64,000 bases of DNA from Eubacteriales bacterium (lineage in GTDB: Bacteria; Bacillota; Clostridia; Oscillospirales; CAG-272), in contig JAZKYE010000012.1 of assembly GCA_045611965.1 (NCBI GenBank), positions 1,512 through 65,511 of the forward strand, read 5' to 3'. Numbering within the stretch: the first letter of the stretch is position 1; every line of letters begins with the position of its first letter. Under the pieces are notes generated by a model, which searched no databases, had not been told where the DNA came from, and saw only the letters and a list, made by a program, of their open reading frames with translations. Positions 45,318-54,974 of this stretch are shown one piece after another. The position numbers and the translations under genes were made by a program.

Positions 45318-46751
45318 TTGGATAAATACACTAACACAGAGCTTTGTAGAATTCCGACCGCTGACGAGCTTCGCGAAAAGCTTGCCGCAGCTAATGCTGA
45401 GGCACGCGGGGTTATAGCTTCCCTCTTCGACAAGGACACCTTTGTTGAGACGGGTGCATTCGTTACACGCGGATTTTCGGATTTCCTCTCTACGAAGGAA
45501 TCACAAGAGCTTGAGGGCGTAATCACGGGCTACGGCGCAATTGACGGAAGTCTTGCATTCGTATTCTGCGAGGATTCCTCGAGAATGAACGGCGTTATCG
45601 ACGAGCGTCACGCAAAGAAGATCGTTGATCTCTATTCTCTCGCTATGAAAAATGGCGCACCCGTTATAGGAATTTTTAATTCCTGCGGTACTAACGTTTT
45701 CCATGGCACGGCAGGTCTTGGCGCATACGGCAAAATTCTTGCCTGCGTTACCAAGGCATCGGGCGTCATCCCTCAGATTGCATATGTAAACGGCAAGTGC
45801 CTCGGTCTGCTCTCTGCTATCTGTGCAGGCTTTGACCTTATTGTTAAGGCAGACGGTGCCGACCTTTACGTAAACTCGCCTGACCACACCGGCGAAAAGG
45901 ACGCGCAGGATGCAATGATCGCATTCAGCGGTGACAATCTTCAGTGCCTTGGCTTTATCAGAGCACTCGTTTCATTCCTTCCCGACTGCTGCACCACGGG
46001 CGTTATCATTGAAAATTCCACCGATAACCTCAACCGCATGATCGGTGAGGTTGATTTCGAGGGCAACGCGCTTTCGATGATTTCTACTATTGCAGACAAC
46101 GGTATGTTCTACGAGATCGGCGCTTCGCTTGCACCCAGCGTAAGCTGTGCATTCGCGGCACTCGGCGGTGTAAGATGCGGTGTAATTGCTTCGTCCTACG
46201 CTAACAACGAGGGTAGAATTGACGTTGCGGCGGCAAGAAAGCTTTCGAGATTTATCGACTTCTGCTCTGCATTCGGTCTTCCCGTTGTAACTCTTGCAGA
46301 CTCTGCCGGACTTGCAATCGAGCCTGCTAACGAAATCAGCTACTTTGCACCCGAGCTTGCAAGACTTGCGGCATCATATACTCTTTGCGAGAGCGCAAAG
46401 GTTACCGTTATAGCAGGTCACGCAATCGGCGCATCCTTCGTGCTTCTCGGCTCAAAGGCACTTGGCGCTGACGTAGTTTACGTAACCGATAACTCTGAGG
46501 TTTGTGCACTTAACGCAGACAGCGGTGTTGCATTTGCTTGGGATAAGCACATCACTCTTGAAAAGACGAGAGAAGAGCTTGAGAGCGAGTGGCGCGCATC
46601 CGTTGCATCCCCTGCAAGAGCGGCGGCTTCGGGCGAGGTTGACGATATCATCAGCACAAACGAGCTTCGCGCAAGAATTTGCACCTCTCTTCAGATGCTC
46701 ACCTCAAAGGGCTGCACCTTCTCATCAGGTCTTAAGGTTTATCCTCTCTGA
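45318..46751 (+). CDS. acyl-CoA carboxyltransferase-fold subunit (MmdA/PccB/GcdA-like, divergent)
   Basis: 477 aa with a two-domain crotonase-like layout (APVIGIFNS, GVIPQIAYVNG, GSKALGAD), but the canonical GGARIQEG and AGG motifs are altered. Start uncertain: TTG without an SD. Confidence 0.7.
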   Translation: MDKYTNTELCRIPTADELREKLAAANAEARGVIASLFDKDTFVETGAFVTRGFSDFLSTKESQELEGVITGYGAIDGSLAFVFCEDSSRMNGVIDERHAKKIVDLYSLAMKNGAPVIGIFNSCGTNVFHGTAGLGAYGKILACVTKASGVIPQIAYVNGKCLGLLSAICAGFDLIVKADGADLYVNSPDHTGEKDAQDAMIAFSGDNLQCLGFIRALVSFLPDCCTTGVIIENSTDNLNRMIGEVDFEGNALSMISTIADNGMFYEIGASLAPSVSCAFAALGGVRCGVIASSYANNEGRIDVAAARKLSRFIDFCSAFGLPVVTLADSAGLAIEPANEISYFAPELARLAASYTLCESAKVTVIAGHAIGASFVLLGSKALGADVVYVTDNSEVCALNADSGVAFAWDKHITLEKTREELESEWRASVASPARAAASGEVDDIISTNELRARICTSLQMLTSKGCTFSSGLKVYPL

Positions 46752-46766
46752 TAAGGAGACTTTGCT

Positions 46767-47120
46767 ATGAATTTTTTTCTTGAAATCACAAAAGGTGACT
46801 TTACATCGAATATTCTGAGCGAATACGGACCTATGGAAACCCTTCTTTTCGGTGGAAAGATACTGCTTATCGGTATGGTTGCCGTATTTGCGGTGCTTAC
46901 ACTTATATGGTTTACGCTTTCAATATTCAACAAGGTGTTCGCAAAGCAGCCCGAGCAAAAGGCTGTCGCACCCGTTAAGGTTTCCGCGCCTGCCGCGCCT
47001 GCACCTAAAGCAGCCGCTTCAAGCGATGAAATCGTTGCCGTAATTGCTGCGGCAATCGCAATGGCCGAGAGCGAGGGCTCTGGGGCTAAATACAGAGTAG
47101 TTTCCTTCAAACGTAAATAA
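46767..47120 (+). CDS. OadG-family small subunit of Na+-transporting decarboxylases
   Basis: SD AAGGAGA. Single TM ([17 protein letters not shown]), then an Ala/Pro-rich linker and an [12 protein letters not shown] segment. Confidence 0.7.
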   Translation: MNFFLEITKGDFTSNILSEYGPMETLLFGGKILLIGMVAVFAVLTLIWFTLSIFNKVFAKQPEQKAVAPVKVSAPAAPAPKAAASSDEIVAVIAAAIAMAESEGSGAKYRVVSFKRK

Positions 47121-47140
47121 TCACGAAAGGATTTATAAAA

Positions 47141-47551
47141 ATGAAAAAATATAACATCACCGTAAATGGAAATACCTATGAGGTTCTTGTAGAAGAGGTT
47201 GGCGGCGCACCTTCCGTCGCTCCCGTATATGCTGCACCCGTAGCGGCAGCGCCCGCACCCGTAGCAGCACCCGCTGTAGCAGCGGCACCTGCACCTGCGG
47301 CAGCGCCCGCACCCGCAGCAGCACCTGCTCCCGCAGGCGCAGCATCTGTTACCGCGCCTATGCCCGGTACCGTTCTTGACGTTAAGGTTAGCGTTGGTCA
47401 GGCAGTTAAGAAGGGCGACGTAGTTCTCGTTCTTGAGGCTATGAAGATGGAAAACGATATTCCCGCACCTCAGGACGGCGTTATTGCTTCTGTTAACGTA
47501 CAGAAGGGCTCATCCGTTTCTGCAGGCGACGTGCTCGTTACTCTTTCCTAA
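47141..47551 (+). CDS. biotin carboxyl carrier protein (biotinyl domain with Ala/Pro linker)
   Basis: EAMKMEN biotinyl-lysine motif near the C-terminus, preceded by a long AP-rich linker. Confidence 0.9.
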   Translation: MKKYNITVNGNTYEVLVEEVGGAPSVAPVYAAPVAAAPAPVAAPAVAAAPAPAAAPAPAAAPAPAGAASVTAPMPGTVLDVKVSVGQAVKKGDVVLVLEAMKMENDIPAPQDGVIASVNVQKGSSVSAGDVLVTLS

Positions 47552-47575
47552 TAATAAGAAAACGGGTGCTATGAA

Positions 47576-49045
47576 ATGTGGAATGACGTACTTACCTTTT
47601 TAAAATCCACGGGCATAGCAAGCTTGATCAGTCAGCCTAACTGGTGGCAGTACCTCGTTATGTATGCTATCGTCGGCGCACTCTTCTATCTTGCGGTAGT
47701 TAAAAAGTTCGAGCCTCTGCTTCTTATGCCTATTGCATTCGGTATGCTGCTTGCAAATTTGCCTGCTGCAAACCTTATTCACCTCGATTTCTTCTTTGAC
47801 GAGTTTTATATCGGCTTTGATTCCTTTGGAAACCCCATAGGTACGCTCGCATATGAGATGAGTCAGTTCCTCGGTCAGCTTGATTCTATCTCGCAGAGCC
47901 TTCAAATTCCTTCTCTTTATACGATAAAGGACGGCATCTGCACGTTTGATTTCTCTGCACTTGAAGGACAGGTTCTTAACTTCACTAACGGCGCATCCTA
48001 CGGCGCAAAGGACTACATACAGCTCGTATTCGACCAGACACTCGGTCAGAACGTCAGCTTCGATATCTTCTCTGACACCTCGATGCACATTAAGATGTCT
48101 ACCGTTATCAAGCAGGTTGTAAACGACGGCGGTCTTGTTGATATCCTTTACCTCGGCGTTAAGCTCGGTGTATATCCCTCGCTTATATTCCTTGGCGTTG
48201 GTGCTATGACCGACTTCTCTCCCCTTATTGCTAATCCCAAGTCGCTTCTTATGGGCGCAGGCGCACAGCTTGGTGTATTCGTTGCATTCTTTGCTGCACT
48301 CTTCCTTGGCTTTACCCCTATGGAAGCAGGCGCTATCGGTATCATAGGCGGTGCTGACGGACCTACTGCAATTCTCGTTACTAAAATTCTTGCTCCCCAG
48401 CTTCTCGGTGCTATAGCAATTGCCGCTTACTCGTATATGGCGCTGATTCCGATTATTCAGCCGCCCTTTATGCGACTTCTCACAACCGAGAAAGAGAGAA
48501 AGATAAAGATGAATAACCTTCGTCCCGTTTCTAACGTAGAGAAGGTTCTGTTCCCCATCGTTGTAACTCTGCTCGTCGTTCTTATCATTCCTGATGCAGC
48601 CCCCCTCGTCGGATTCCTTATGCTCGGTAACCTCTTCAACGTTTCGGGCGTAACCGACAGACTTTCAAAGACTGCACAGAACGAGCTTATCAACATCGTT
48701 ACCATTTGCCTTGGCGTATCGGTAGGCGCTACCGCTAACGCTGAAAACTTCCTGAAGCTTGAAACTCTTTACATAATCGGTCTTGGACTTTGTGCATTCG
48801 TTATATCGACCTGCGGCGGTCTTATTACAGGTAAGATTATGTGCAAGCTTACGGGCGGTAAGATTAATCCTCTTATCGGCTCGGCAGGCGTTTCCGCAGT
48901 TCCTATGGCGGCAAGAGTTGCTCAGGACGAAGGACGCAAGGCAGATCCCTCGAACTTCCTTCTTATGCACGCAATGGGACCTAACGTTGCGGGCGTTATC
49001 GGCTCAGCGGTTGCGGCTGGTGTATTCCTGTCCTTCCTCGGCTAA
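47576..49045 (+). CDS. Na+-transporting decarboxylase beta subunit (OadB/MmdB/GcdB family)
   Basis: 489 aa. GVGAMTDF, GIIGGADGPT, YSYMALIPIIQPP, IGSAGVSAVPMAARV and LLMHAMGPNVAGVIGSA match the family almost residue for residue. Confidence 0.92.
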   Translation: MWNDVLTFLKSTGIASLISQPNWWQYLVMYAIVGALFYLAVVKKFEPLLLMPIAFGMLLANLPAANLIHLDFFFDEFYIGFDSFGNPIGTLAYEMSQFLGQLDSISQSLQIPSLYTIKDGICTFDFSALEGQVLNFTNGASYGAKDYIQLVFDQTLGQNVSFDIFSDTSMHIKMSTVIKQVVNDGGLVDILYLGVKLGVYPSLIFLGVGAMTDFSPLIANPKSLLMGAGAQLGVFVAFFAALFLGFTPMEAGAIGIIGGADGPTAILVTKILAPQLLGAIAIAAYSYMALIPIIQPPFMRLLTTEKERKIKMNNLRPVSNVEKVLFPIVVTLLVVLIIPDAAPLVGFLMLGNLFNVSGVTDRLSKTAQNELINIVTICLGVSVGATANAENFLKLETLYIIGLGLCAFVISTCGGLITGKIMCKLTGGKINPLIGSAGVSAVPMAARVAQDEGRKADPSNFLLMHAMGPNVAGVIGSAVAAGVFLSFLG

Positions 49046-49076
49046 ACTACAAATGCACATTTGAAAGGATAATAAA

Positions 49077-50480
49077 ATGGCAAAAAAGCTTCTTATAACA
49101 GAAACTGTGCTTCGTGATGCGCATCAGTCGCTCGCGGCAACCCGTATGACCACCGACGAGATGATTCCGATCCTTGACGCTATGGACAAGGTTGGCTACT
49201 ATTCTCTTGAGGCTTGGGGCGGCGCTACCTTTGATTCCTGCCTTCGTTTCCTTAACGAGGATCCGTGGGAAAGACTTCGTACCATCAAGCAGCACGTTAA
49301 GAACACAAAGCTTCAGATGCTTTTCAGAGGACAGAACATCCTCGGCTACCGTCACTATGCTGACGACGTAGTTGAGTACTTCGTTCAGAAGTCTATTGCA
49401 AACGGTATTGACATCATTCGTATTTTCGATGCTCTTAACGATGCAAGAAACCTCGAAACTGCTATCAAGGCTACTATTAAAGAGGGCGGTCACGTTCAGG
49501 CTGCTATCTCTTACACCACTTCCCCTTTCCACACCAACGAGGGCTTCGCACAGTATGCAAAGCAGCTTGAGGAAATGGGTGCACACTCTATCTGTATCAA
49601 GGATATGTCGGGTCTTCTTAAGCCCTACGAGGCATATCAGCTTGTTAAGACTCTTAAGGGCACGGTAAAAATTCCGATTCACCTTCACGTTCACTACACC
49701 GCAGGTATCGGTTCTATGTCGCTTCTTAAGGCTATCGAGGCTGATGTTGACGGTGTTGATACCGCAATTTCACCTCTCGCTATGGGTACCTCTCACACCC
49801 CTACCGAGTCGCTTGTTGCTACTCTTCAGGGTACCCCTCACGATACCGGTCTTTCGCTTGAAAAGCTTGACGTTGTTGCAAAGTACTTCACAACCATTCG
49901 TGAAAAGTATCTTGAATCCGGACTTATTGACCCCAAGGTTCTTAAGGTCGACGTAAACGCGCTTCGTTATCAGGTTCCCGGCGGAATGCTTTCTAACCTC
50001 ATTTCCCAGCTTAAGATGGCCGGAAAGTCGGATAAGCTTGACGCAGTTCTTAACGAGGTTGAGCAGGTAAGAAAGGATGCCGGTTATCCCCCACTCGTTA
50101 CTCCTACCTCGCAGATCGTTGGTACGCAGGCTGTTAACAACGTAATCTTTGCTAACGACGGAAGATATTCGCACGTTACCAAGGAATTCAAGGCTCTCGT
50201 TCGCGGTGAGTACGGCAGATGCCCTGCCCCCATCAGCGATGAGTTCAGAAAGAAGATTATCGGCGAGGATCAGATTATTGATTTCAGACCCGCTGATAAG
50301 ATTGCACCTGAAATTGATTCTCTTCGTGAGAGAGTTGCTATGTATCAGGAACAGGACGAGGATCTTCTTTCGCTCGCACTCTTCGAGACCGTTGCTATCA
50401 AATTCTTTGAGCGCAGAAAGCTTGAGAACTATAAGCTCGACTCTAACGGCGACGCAAAGAACGGTACTCATCCGATCTAA
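49077..50480 (+). CDS. oxaloacetate decarboxylase alpha / pyruvate carboxyltransferase (5S-type) subunit lacking a biotinyl domain
   Basis: 467 aa. LRDAHQSL, EAWGGATFD, IKDM.G.L.P and HLH.H motifs of the HMGL-like carboxyltransferase domain. No C-terminal AMKM. Confidence 0.9.
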   Translation: MAKKLLITETVLRDAHQSLAATRMTTDEMIPILDAMDKVGYYSLEAWGGATFDSCLRFLNEDPWERLRTIKQHVKNTKLQMLFRGQNILGYRHYADDVVEYFVQKSIANGIDIIRIFDALNDARNLETAIKATIKEGGHVQAAISYTTSPFHTNEGFAQYAKQLEEMGAHSICIKDMSGLLKPYEAYQLVKTLKGTVKIPIHLHVHYTAGIGSMSLLKAIEADVDGVDTAISPLAMGTSHTPTESLVATLQGTPHDTGLSLEKLDVVAKYFTTIREKYLESGLIDPKVLKVDVNALRYQVPGGMLSNLISQLKMAGKSDKLDAVLNEVEQVRKDAGYPPLVTPTSQIVGTQAVNNVIFANDGRYSHVTKEFKALVRGEYGRCPAPISDEFRKKIIGEDQIIDFRPADKIAPEIDSLRERVAMYQEQDEDLLSLALFETVAIKFFERRKLENYKLDSNGDAKNGTHPI

Positions 50481-50496
50481 TATAAGCTAAAACAGC

Positions 50497-50531
50497 AAGA
50501 AGGCGTGATATAAATCACGCCTTCTTTTTAA
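50497..50531. terminator. bidirectional intrinsic terminator
   Basis: AAGAAGGCGTGA...TCACGCCTTCTT followed by TTTT. Confidence 0.8.
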
Positions 50532-50567
50532 CATATTTAAGTTTTTTATCAATATTAAAGTTTTTTA

Positions 50568-52811
50568 TCAGAAGTTAAAGGTCATCTGATTAATAATGCT
50601 ACCCGTGGAGGGCAGAGTTGACTTTCTGCACTTCTTGATATCCGCGCCAAGCGAGTCTATTCTATCGGTTGCAAGCTCAATCCTTCCACCCTTCTTCGCA
50701 AACTGCATAAGCTGATTTCCGCCGGCAGTACGGGTGTTCTTCTCGTGGATATGCTCGGTTGAGAAAAGAATACCGCGTCCCATATCGCTTCTGATGAAGA
50801 TATCAAAATCCTTGCCGCTGAAATAGAATGCGCCGACAAGCTCCGAGGCGGTTGAGTATGCGCCCGTAATCCTCTTTCTTCTCGATTTTGAATCGTAGCA
50901 GGACATTGGGATTTTAACGCCTTTTCCGTTTTCGAAGATGTAAATGAGAGCGTGGCTTGGGTTAAACTCGGTTATCATCTTGCACGCGATAACGTGCTCG
51001 TCGTCATCCATACCGAGCTTTGTGGGAACGTAGTCACCCATAGATGAGGGACGGCAGATATCGAAATCGCAAACTCTCGCGCGATAAATCTGACGCTTAT
51101 CCGTAATGAAGATTACATCGCCCTTATTGTCGGTATCCTCTTCGTAGATGATATAATCTCCCTCTTTAAGCTTCTGCTCGTCGTTGGATCTCACACCCTG
51201 CATAGTCAGCTTCTTGAAGTATCCGCCACGGGTGAGTACAAGACGGCAATTATAATTCTCGAAGAATATATCCTCTTTCTTGACAGCCGCAAACGTGCTC
51301 TTTTCGATAATCTCGGTCTTTCTTGGCATACCGAACTTCTTTTTGATTTCACGAAGCTGCCCTATGATATAATCTTTTATTTTAAGGTCATCACGAAGAA
51401 TGTCCTTAAGCTGCTTGATATCAGCCTCAAGCTCGTCTATTTCGGTAAGTCGCTTTAAAATATACTGTCTGTTAAGGTGACGAAGCTTGATTTCCGCAAT
51501 ATACTCTGCCTGAACGGTGGTGATTTTAAATTCAGCTGCGAGGTTGGGAACAACGTCGCTTTCGTCCTCTGTATTTCTTATAATGCGTATAGCGCGGTCA
51601 ATATCAGCAAAAATTGCCGCAAGACCGAGAAGAAGATGAAGCTTCTCTTCCTTTTTATTAAGCTCAAAGGAAAGCTCGCGCGACACACACTTCATTCTGA
51701 ACTTAATCCATTCAAGAATGATTTCGCGGATGCCAAGCGTCATAGGTCTGCCCTCAACGAGAATGTTGAAGTTGCAGTCGAATGAGTTTTCAAGGTCGGT
51801 GGCACTCATCAGCTTCTGAATAACAATATCGGGATTCGCATCCTTTTTAAGGTCAAAGCTGATAAGCTTCGTTGCCGACTTGTCGTAAGAGTCGCGAACG
51901 TCGGTTACCTCACGAAGCTTGCCCGACTTTATCATATCTGTTGCCTTTTTAATGATATCGTCGGTATAGGATGTATAAGGAATTTCATTTATATCAATGC
52001 AGTTTTCCTTCGCATCGTAGGTGTATTTTGCGCGAAGCTTAAAGCTTCCCGAGCCCGTAAGATAAATCTTCTTCATCTGTTCCTCGTCGTAAACGAGGCA
52101 GGCACCGCCCGGGAAATCGGGCGCTTTTATAAGCTCCATAATCCTCTCAACCGTAGCCTTGGGATTTTTAAGAAGCGCTATCGTGCCATCGCAGATTTCG
52201 GACAAATTGAAAGAACAGATAGAGCACGCCATACCGACGGCAATACCGAGGTTAGGCGAAACCAAGATGTTCGGGAATGAGGTAGGAAGAAGCGTCGGCT
52301 CTTCCATCGTGTTATCGTAGTTAGGAACGAAATCAACGGCATTTTTATCAATTCCGCCAAATAATTCAGAGCAGAAGCTGTCGAGCTTTGCCTCGGTATA
52401 TCTCGATGCGGCATAGACCATGTTCTTTGAGAAGCGCTTTCCGAACGAACCCTTTGAGTCAATAAAGGGGTGAAGAAGCGACTCGTTACCGCGCGTAAGA
52501 CGTACCATCGTTTCATATATCGACGCGTCACCGTGAGGGTTAAGACGCATGGTTTGTCCGACGATATTAGCGCTCTTCGTCTTTTGTCCTGTCATAAGCC
52601 CCATCTTGTACATAGTATAAAGAAGCTTTCTGTGCGAGGGCTTGAAGCCGTCGATTTCAGGAAGCGCGCGCGAAACGATGACACTCATCGCATAGGGCAT
52701 ATAATTCTTTTCAAGAGTTTCTGTTATCGGTTGAACAGTCGCAGGTGCTTCGTTTTCAAGCAGCTCTTCCTTTGGATTCTTTTTCTTTTTAGCCATTCTG
52801 AATACCGTCAC
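50568..52811 (-). CDS. type IIA topoisomerase subunit A (ParC/GyrA family)
   Basis: 747 aa. GFKPSHRKLLY, NPHGDASIYETMVRL, catalytic Tyr in AASRYTEAKL, C-terminal beta-pinwheel. GTG at 52811 overlaps the upstream stop (GTGA). An alternative ATG lies at 52796. Confidence 0.88.
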   Translation of the reverse strand: MTVFRMAKKKKNPKEELLENEAPATVQPITETLEKNYMPYAMSVIVSRALPEIDGFKPSHRKLLYTMYKMGLMTGQKTKSANIVGQTMRLNPHGDASIYETMVRLTRGNESLLHPFIDSKGSFGKRFSKNMVYAASRYTEAKLDSFCSELFGGIDKNAVDFVPNYDNTMEEPTLLPTSFPNILVSPNLGIAVGMACSICSFNLSEICDGTIALLKNPKATVERIMELIKAPDFPGGACLVYDEEQMKKIYLTGSGSFKLRAKYTYDAKENCIDINEIPYTSYTDDIIKKATDMIKSGKLREVTDVRDSYDKSATKLISFDLKKDANPDIVIQKLMSATDLENSFDCNFNILVEGRPMTLGIREIILEWIKFRMKCVSRELSFELNKKEEKLHLLLGLAAIFADIDRAIRIIRNTEDESDVVPNLAAEFKITTVQAEYIAEIKLRHLNRQYILKRLTEIDELEADIKQLKDILRDDLKIKDYIIGQLREIKKKFGMPRKTEIIEKSTFAAVKKEDIFFENYNCRLVLTRGGYFKKLTMQGVRSNDEQKLKEGDYIIYEEDTDNKGDVIFITDKRQIYRARVCDFDICRPSSMGDYVPTKLGMDDDEHVIACKMITEFNPSHALIYIFENGKGVKIPMSCYDSKSRRKRITGAYSTASELVGAFYFSGKDFDIFIRSDMGRGILFSTEHIHEKNTRTAGGNQLMQFAKKGGRIELATDRIDSLGADIKKCRKSTLPSTGSIINQMTFNF

Positions 52812-53854
52812 AATCTTATAATTTGGTGCGCCGCCGCTCTTATCATACGGTTGTAAAGCGCAAGTCCTACCCCACTCTTATCGGGAAGCGGCGCGTAGAT
52901 TTCATCAAAGCCTTCCTTATCTATTCGGCGAAGCAGGTCAAAGAGCAAGTGCGCCTGAAAAAGGCTATCCTGCCTTGAACCGAAGCTGTAAAGTCTGACG
53001 CCCTCGATTTTATCAAAAGCCCTCGCATCCTCTTCGTAGGCAATAACTGCAACGCGCCTTTTGCCTGACAATGCACCAATATAGTCCGAAATACGCTCTG
53101 CCGTACCGTCGCAAAGATAAAGCGGTGCTTTGGGTGCGTAGTGTCTGTATTTCATTCCGGGCGAGATAACGGCTTCCCCATCCTTTAGCTTATCGTACAC
53201 GGCGCTTGCAATTTTAAGATACGAAAGGTGAGGTATAAGCTCATCCTCGGTTATGCGGCCCGGACGAAGCAGCGTAGCGCCACCGTCATCGTGAAGCCTG
53301 ATAATAGTGGATTCAATACCGATATCGCAGTCACCGCCATCAATAATAAGCTCTACTCTACCCGACATATCCGATATAACGTGCTCGGCTCTGGTCGGTG
53401 AGGGTGTACCTGATATATTAGCGCTCGGTGCGGCAATCGGCACGCCTGAATGTAAAATAAGCGCTCTTGCTATGGGGTTTTCGGGAATTCGTACGGCAAC
53501 CGTATCAAGCCCTGCCCTCGTTTCCTTCGGTATGCTTTCCTTTGCTCGAAGCACTACTGTAAGAGGGCCCGGCAATAATGCCGAAGCAAGAGTGTAAAAG
53601 GTGTCGGTGGTATATGCGTAGGGCTCAACCGCCTCGGGTGAATGCAGATGAATTATCAAGGGGTTGTCCGAGGGTCTGCCCTTTGCCGCATAGATTTTCC
53701 TTGCCGCGGCGGGATTTGTTGCGTCAGCGCCAAGTCCGTACACAGTTTCTGTCGGGAAAACGACGAGTCCTGCGTTTTTTATAACCTCGGAAGCCTGTGC
53801 AATAGTCTTTTCATCAATAGCATCAGGCTTAATACAAACAATTCTCGTATCCAT
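52808..53854 (-). CDS. L-threonylcarbamoyladenylate synthase, long Sua5/YwlC type
   Basis: YrdC domain (VFPTETVYGLGADA, KGRPSDNPLI, SANISG) plus a Sua5 C-terminal domain. Confidence 0.9.
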   Translation of the reverse strand: MDTRIVCIKPDAIDEKTIAQASEVIKNAGLVVFPTETVYGLGADATNPAAARKIYAAKGRPSDNPLIIHLHSPEAVEPYAYTTDTFYTLASALLPGPLTVVLRAKESIPKETRAGLDTVAVRIPENPIARALILHSGVPIAAPSANISGTPSPTRAEHVISDMSGRVELIIDGGDCDIGIESTIIRLHDDGGATLLRPGRITEDELIPHLSYLKIASAVYDKLKDGEAVISPGMKYRHYAPKAPLYLCDGTAERISDYIGALSGKRRVAVIAYEEDARAFDKIEGVRLYSFGSRQDSLFQAHLLFDLLRRIDKEGFDEIYAPLPDKSGVGLALYNRMIRAAAHQIIRL

Positions 53855-54927
53855 TACACGTCGCCCCCAAGGCGCTTTGCGTAATCGTATGCAAGAAGGT
53901 CGCTGACAAGCTCGCCTATATCACCGTTTAAAAACGCGTCGAAGGTGAATACCGTTTTGCCTATTCTATGGTCGGTAATTCTCGACTGCGGATAGTTGTA
54001 GGTGCGTATTTTCTCACTTCTGTCGCCCGAGCCAACCTGACTTTTTCTATCCTGCGAAATTTTGTCCGCCTGTTCCTTCGATTTCATATCGTAAAGCTTC
54101 GTATAAAGGATTTTAAGAGCCCTTTCCTTGTTCTGAAGCTGGCTTCTTTCCTGATCGCACTCGATTACGATACCCGTAGGTATATGAGTAAGTCTTACTG
54201 CGGACTCGGTTTTGTTAATGTGCTGACCGCCTGCGCCGGATGATTTGCAGGATTCGATTTTGACATCCTGCATTCTAACCTCAACCTCGACCTCGTCTGC
54301 CTCAGGAAGCACGGCAACAGTAACGGTAGAGGTCTGAATTCTGCCGTTGGATTCGGTTACGGGTATTCTCTGCACTCTGTGAACGCCGCTCTCAAACTTA
54401 AATCTCGAATACGCGCCGTCGCCTATGACATTGAAGGTAATTTCCTTAAAGCCGCCAAGCTCGGTTTCATTTGCGCTGACAACCTCAAGACGGAAGCCTT
54501 CCTTTGTCGAGAACATCGAATACATTCTGAAAAGGTCCTGCGCGAAAAGCGCCGCCTCTTCACCGCCTGCGCCAGCACGGATTTCAACGATTACGTTACG
54601 CTCATCGTTGGGGTCCTTTGGAATAAGCAGGATTTTCAGCTCACCCTCAAGGCTTTCAAGCCTCTCTGTAAGCTCGTGGTATTCAAGCTCGGCAAGCTCG
54701 CGGAAATCGCGATCAGCCTGAGTGTCATTCATTATTTCAGATGCCTCGTCCCGAGCGGAAGCGGCACTCTTATACTCGCGGAACTTCGATACGATTTCCG
54801 ATAAGGAATTATATTCCTTGACGAGTGCTGTGTACTTCTTACTGTCCGAAACCACCTCGGGCAGAGTCATCATCTGTTCAATTTCCTTGTATCTGTCCTC
54901 AAGTGGGACAATTTTTTCTAATAGCAT
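53854..54927 (-). CDS. prfA: peptide chain release factor 1
   Basis: SGAGGQHINK GGQ motif and the RF1-type PVT tripeptide (RIPVTES). Confidence 0.93.
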   Translation of the reverse strand: MLLEKIVPLEDRYKEIEQMMTLPEVVSDSKKYTALVKEYNSLSEIVSKFREYKSAASARDEASEIMNDTQADRDFRELAELEYHELTERLESLEGELKILLIPKDPNDERNVIVEIRAGAGGEEAALFAQDLFRMYSMFSTKEGFRLEVVSANETELGGFKEITFNVIGDGAYSRFKFESGVHRVQRIPVTESNGRIQTSTVTVAVLPEADEVEVEVRMQDVKIESCKSSGAGGQHINKTESAVRLTHIPTGIVIECDQERSQLQNKERALKILYTKLYDMKSKEQADKISQDRKSQVGSGDRSEKIRTYNYPQSRITDHRIGKTVFTFDAFLNGDIGELVSDLLAYDYAKRLGGDV

Positions 54928-54974
54928 TTAAATACTTCCCTTTACTAATTTTTTTAAAAAGTAAAAGCGGATTA

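Noticed and set aside
47190-47345. GC-rich quasi-repetitive DNA (GCAGCACCC/GCGCCCGCACCC units) and the antisense ORF 47157-47345.
   Set aside because: This is the Ala/Pro linker of the biotin carrier protein, a normal feature of these subunits, not a repeat element.
49047-50471. Two antisense ORFs (215 aa and 233 aa) opposite the oadA-type gene.
   Set aside because: The sense strand carries clear carboxyltransferase motifs. The antisense products have no motifs and no SD.
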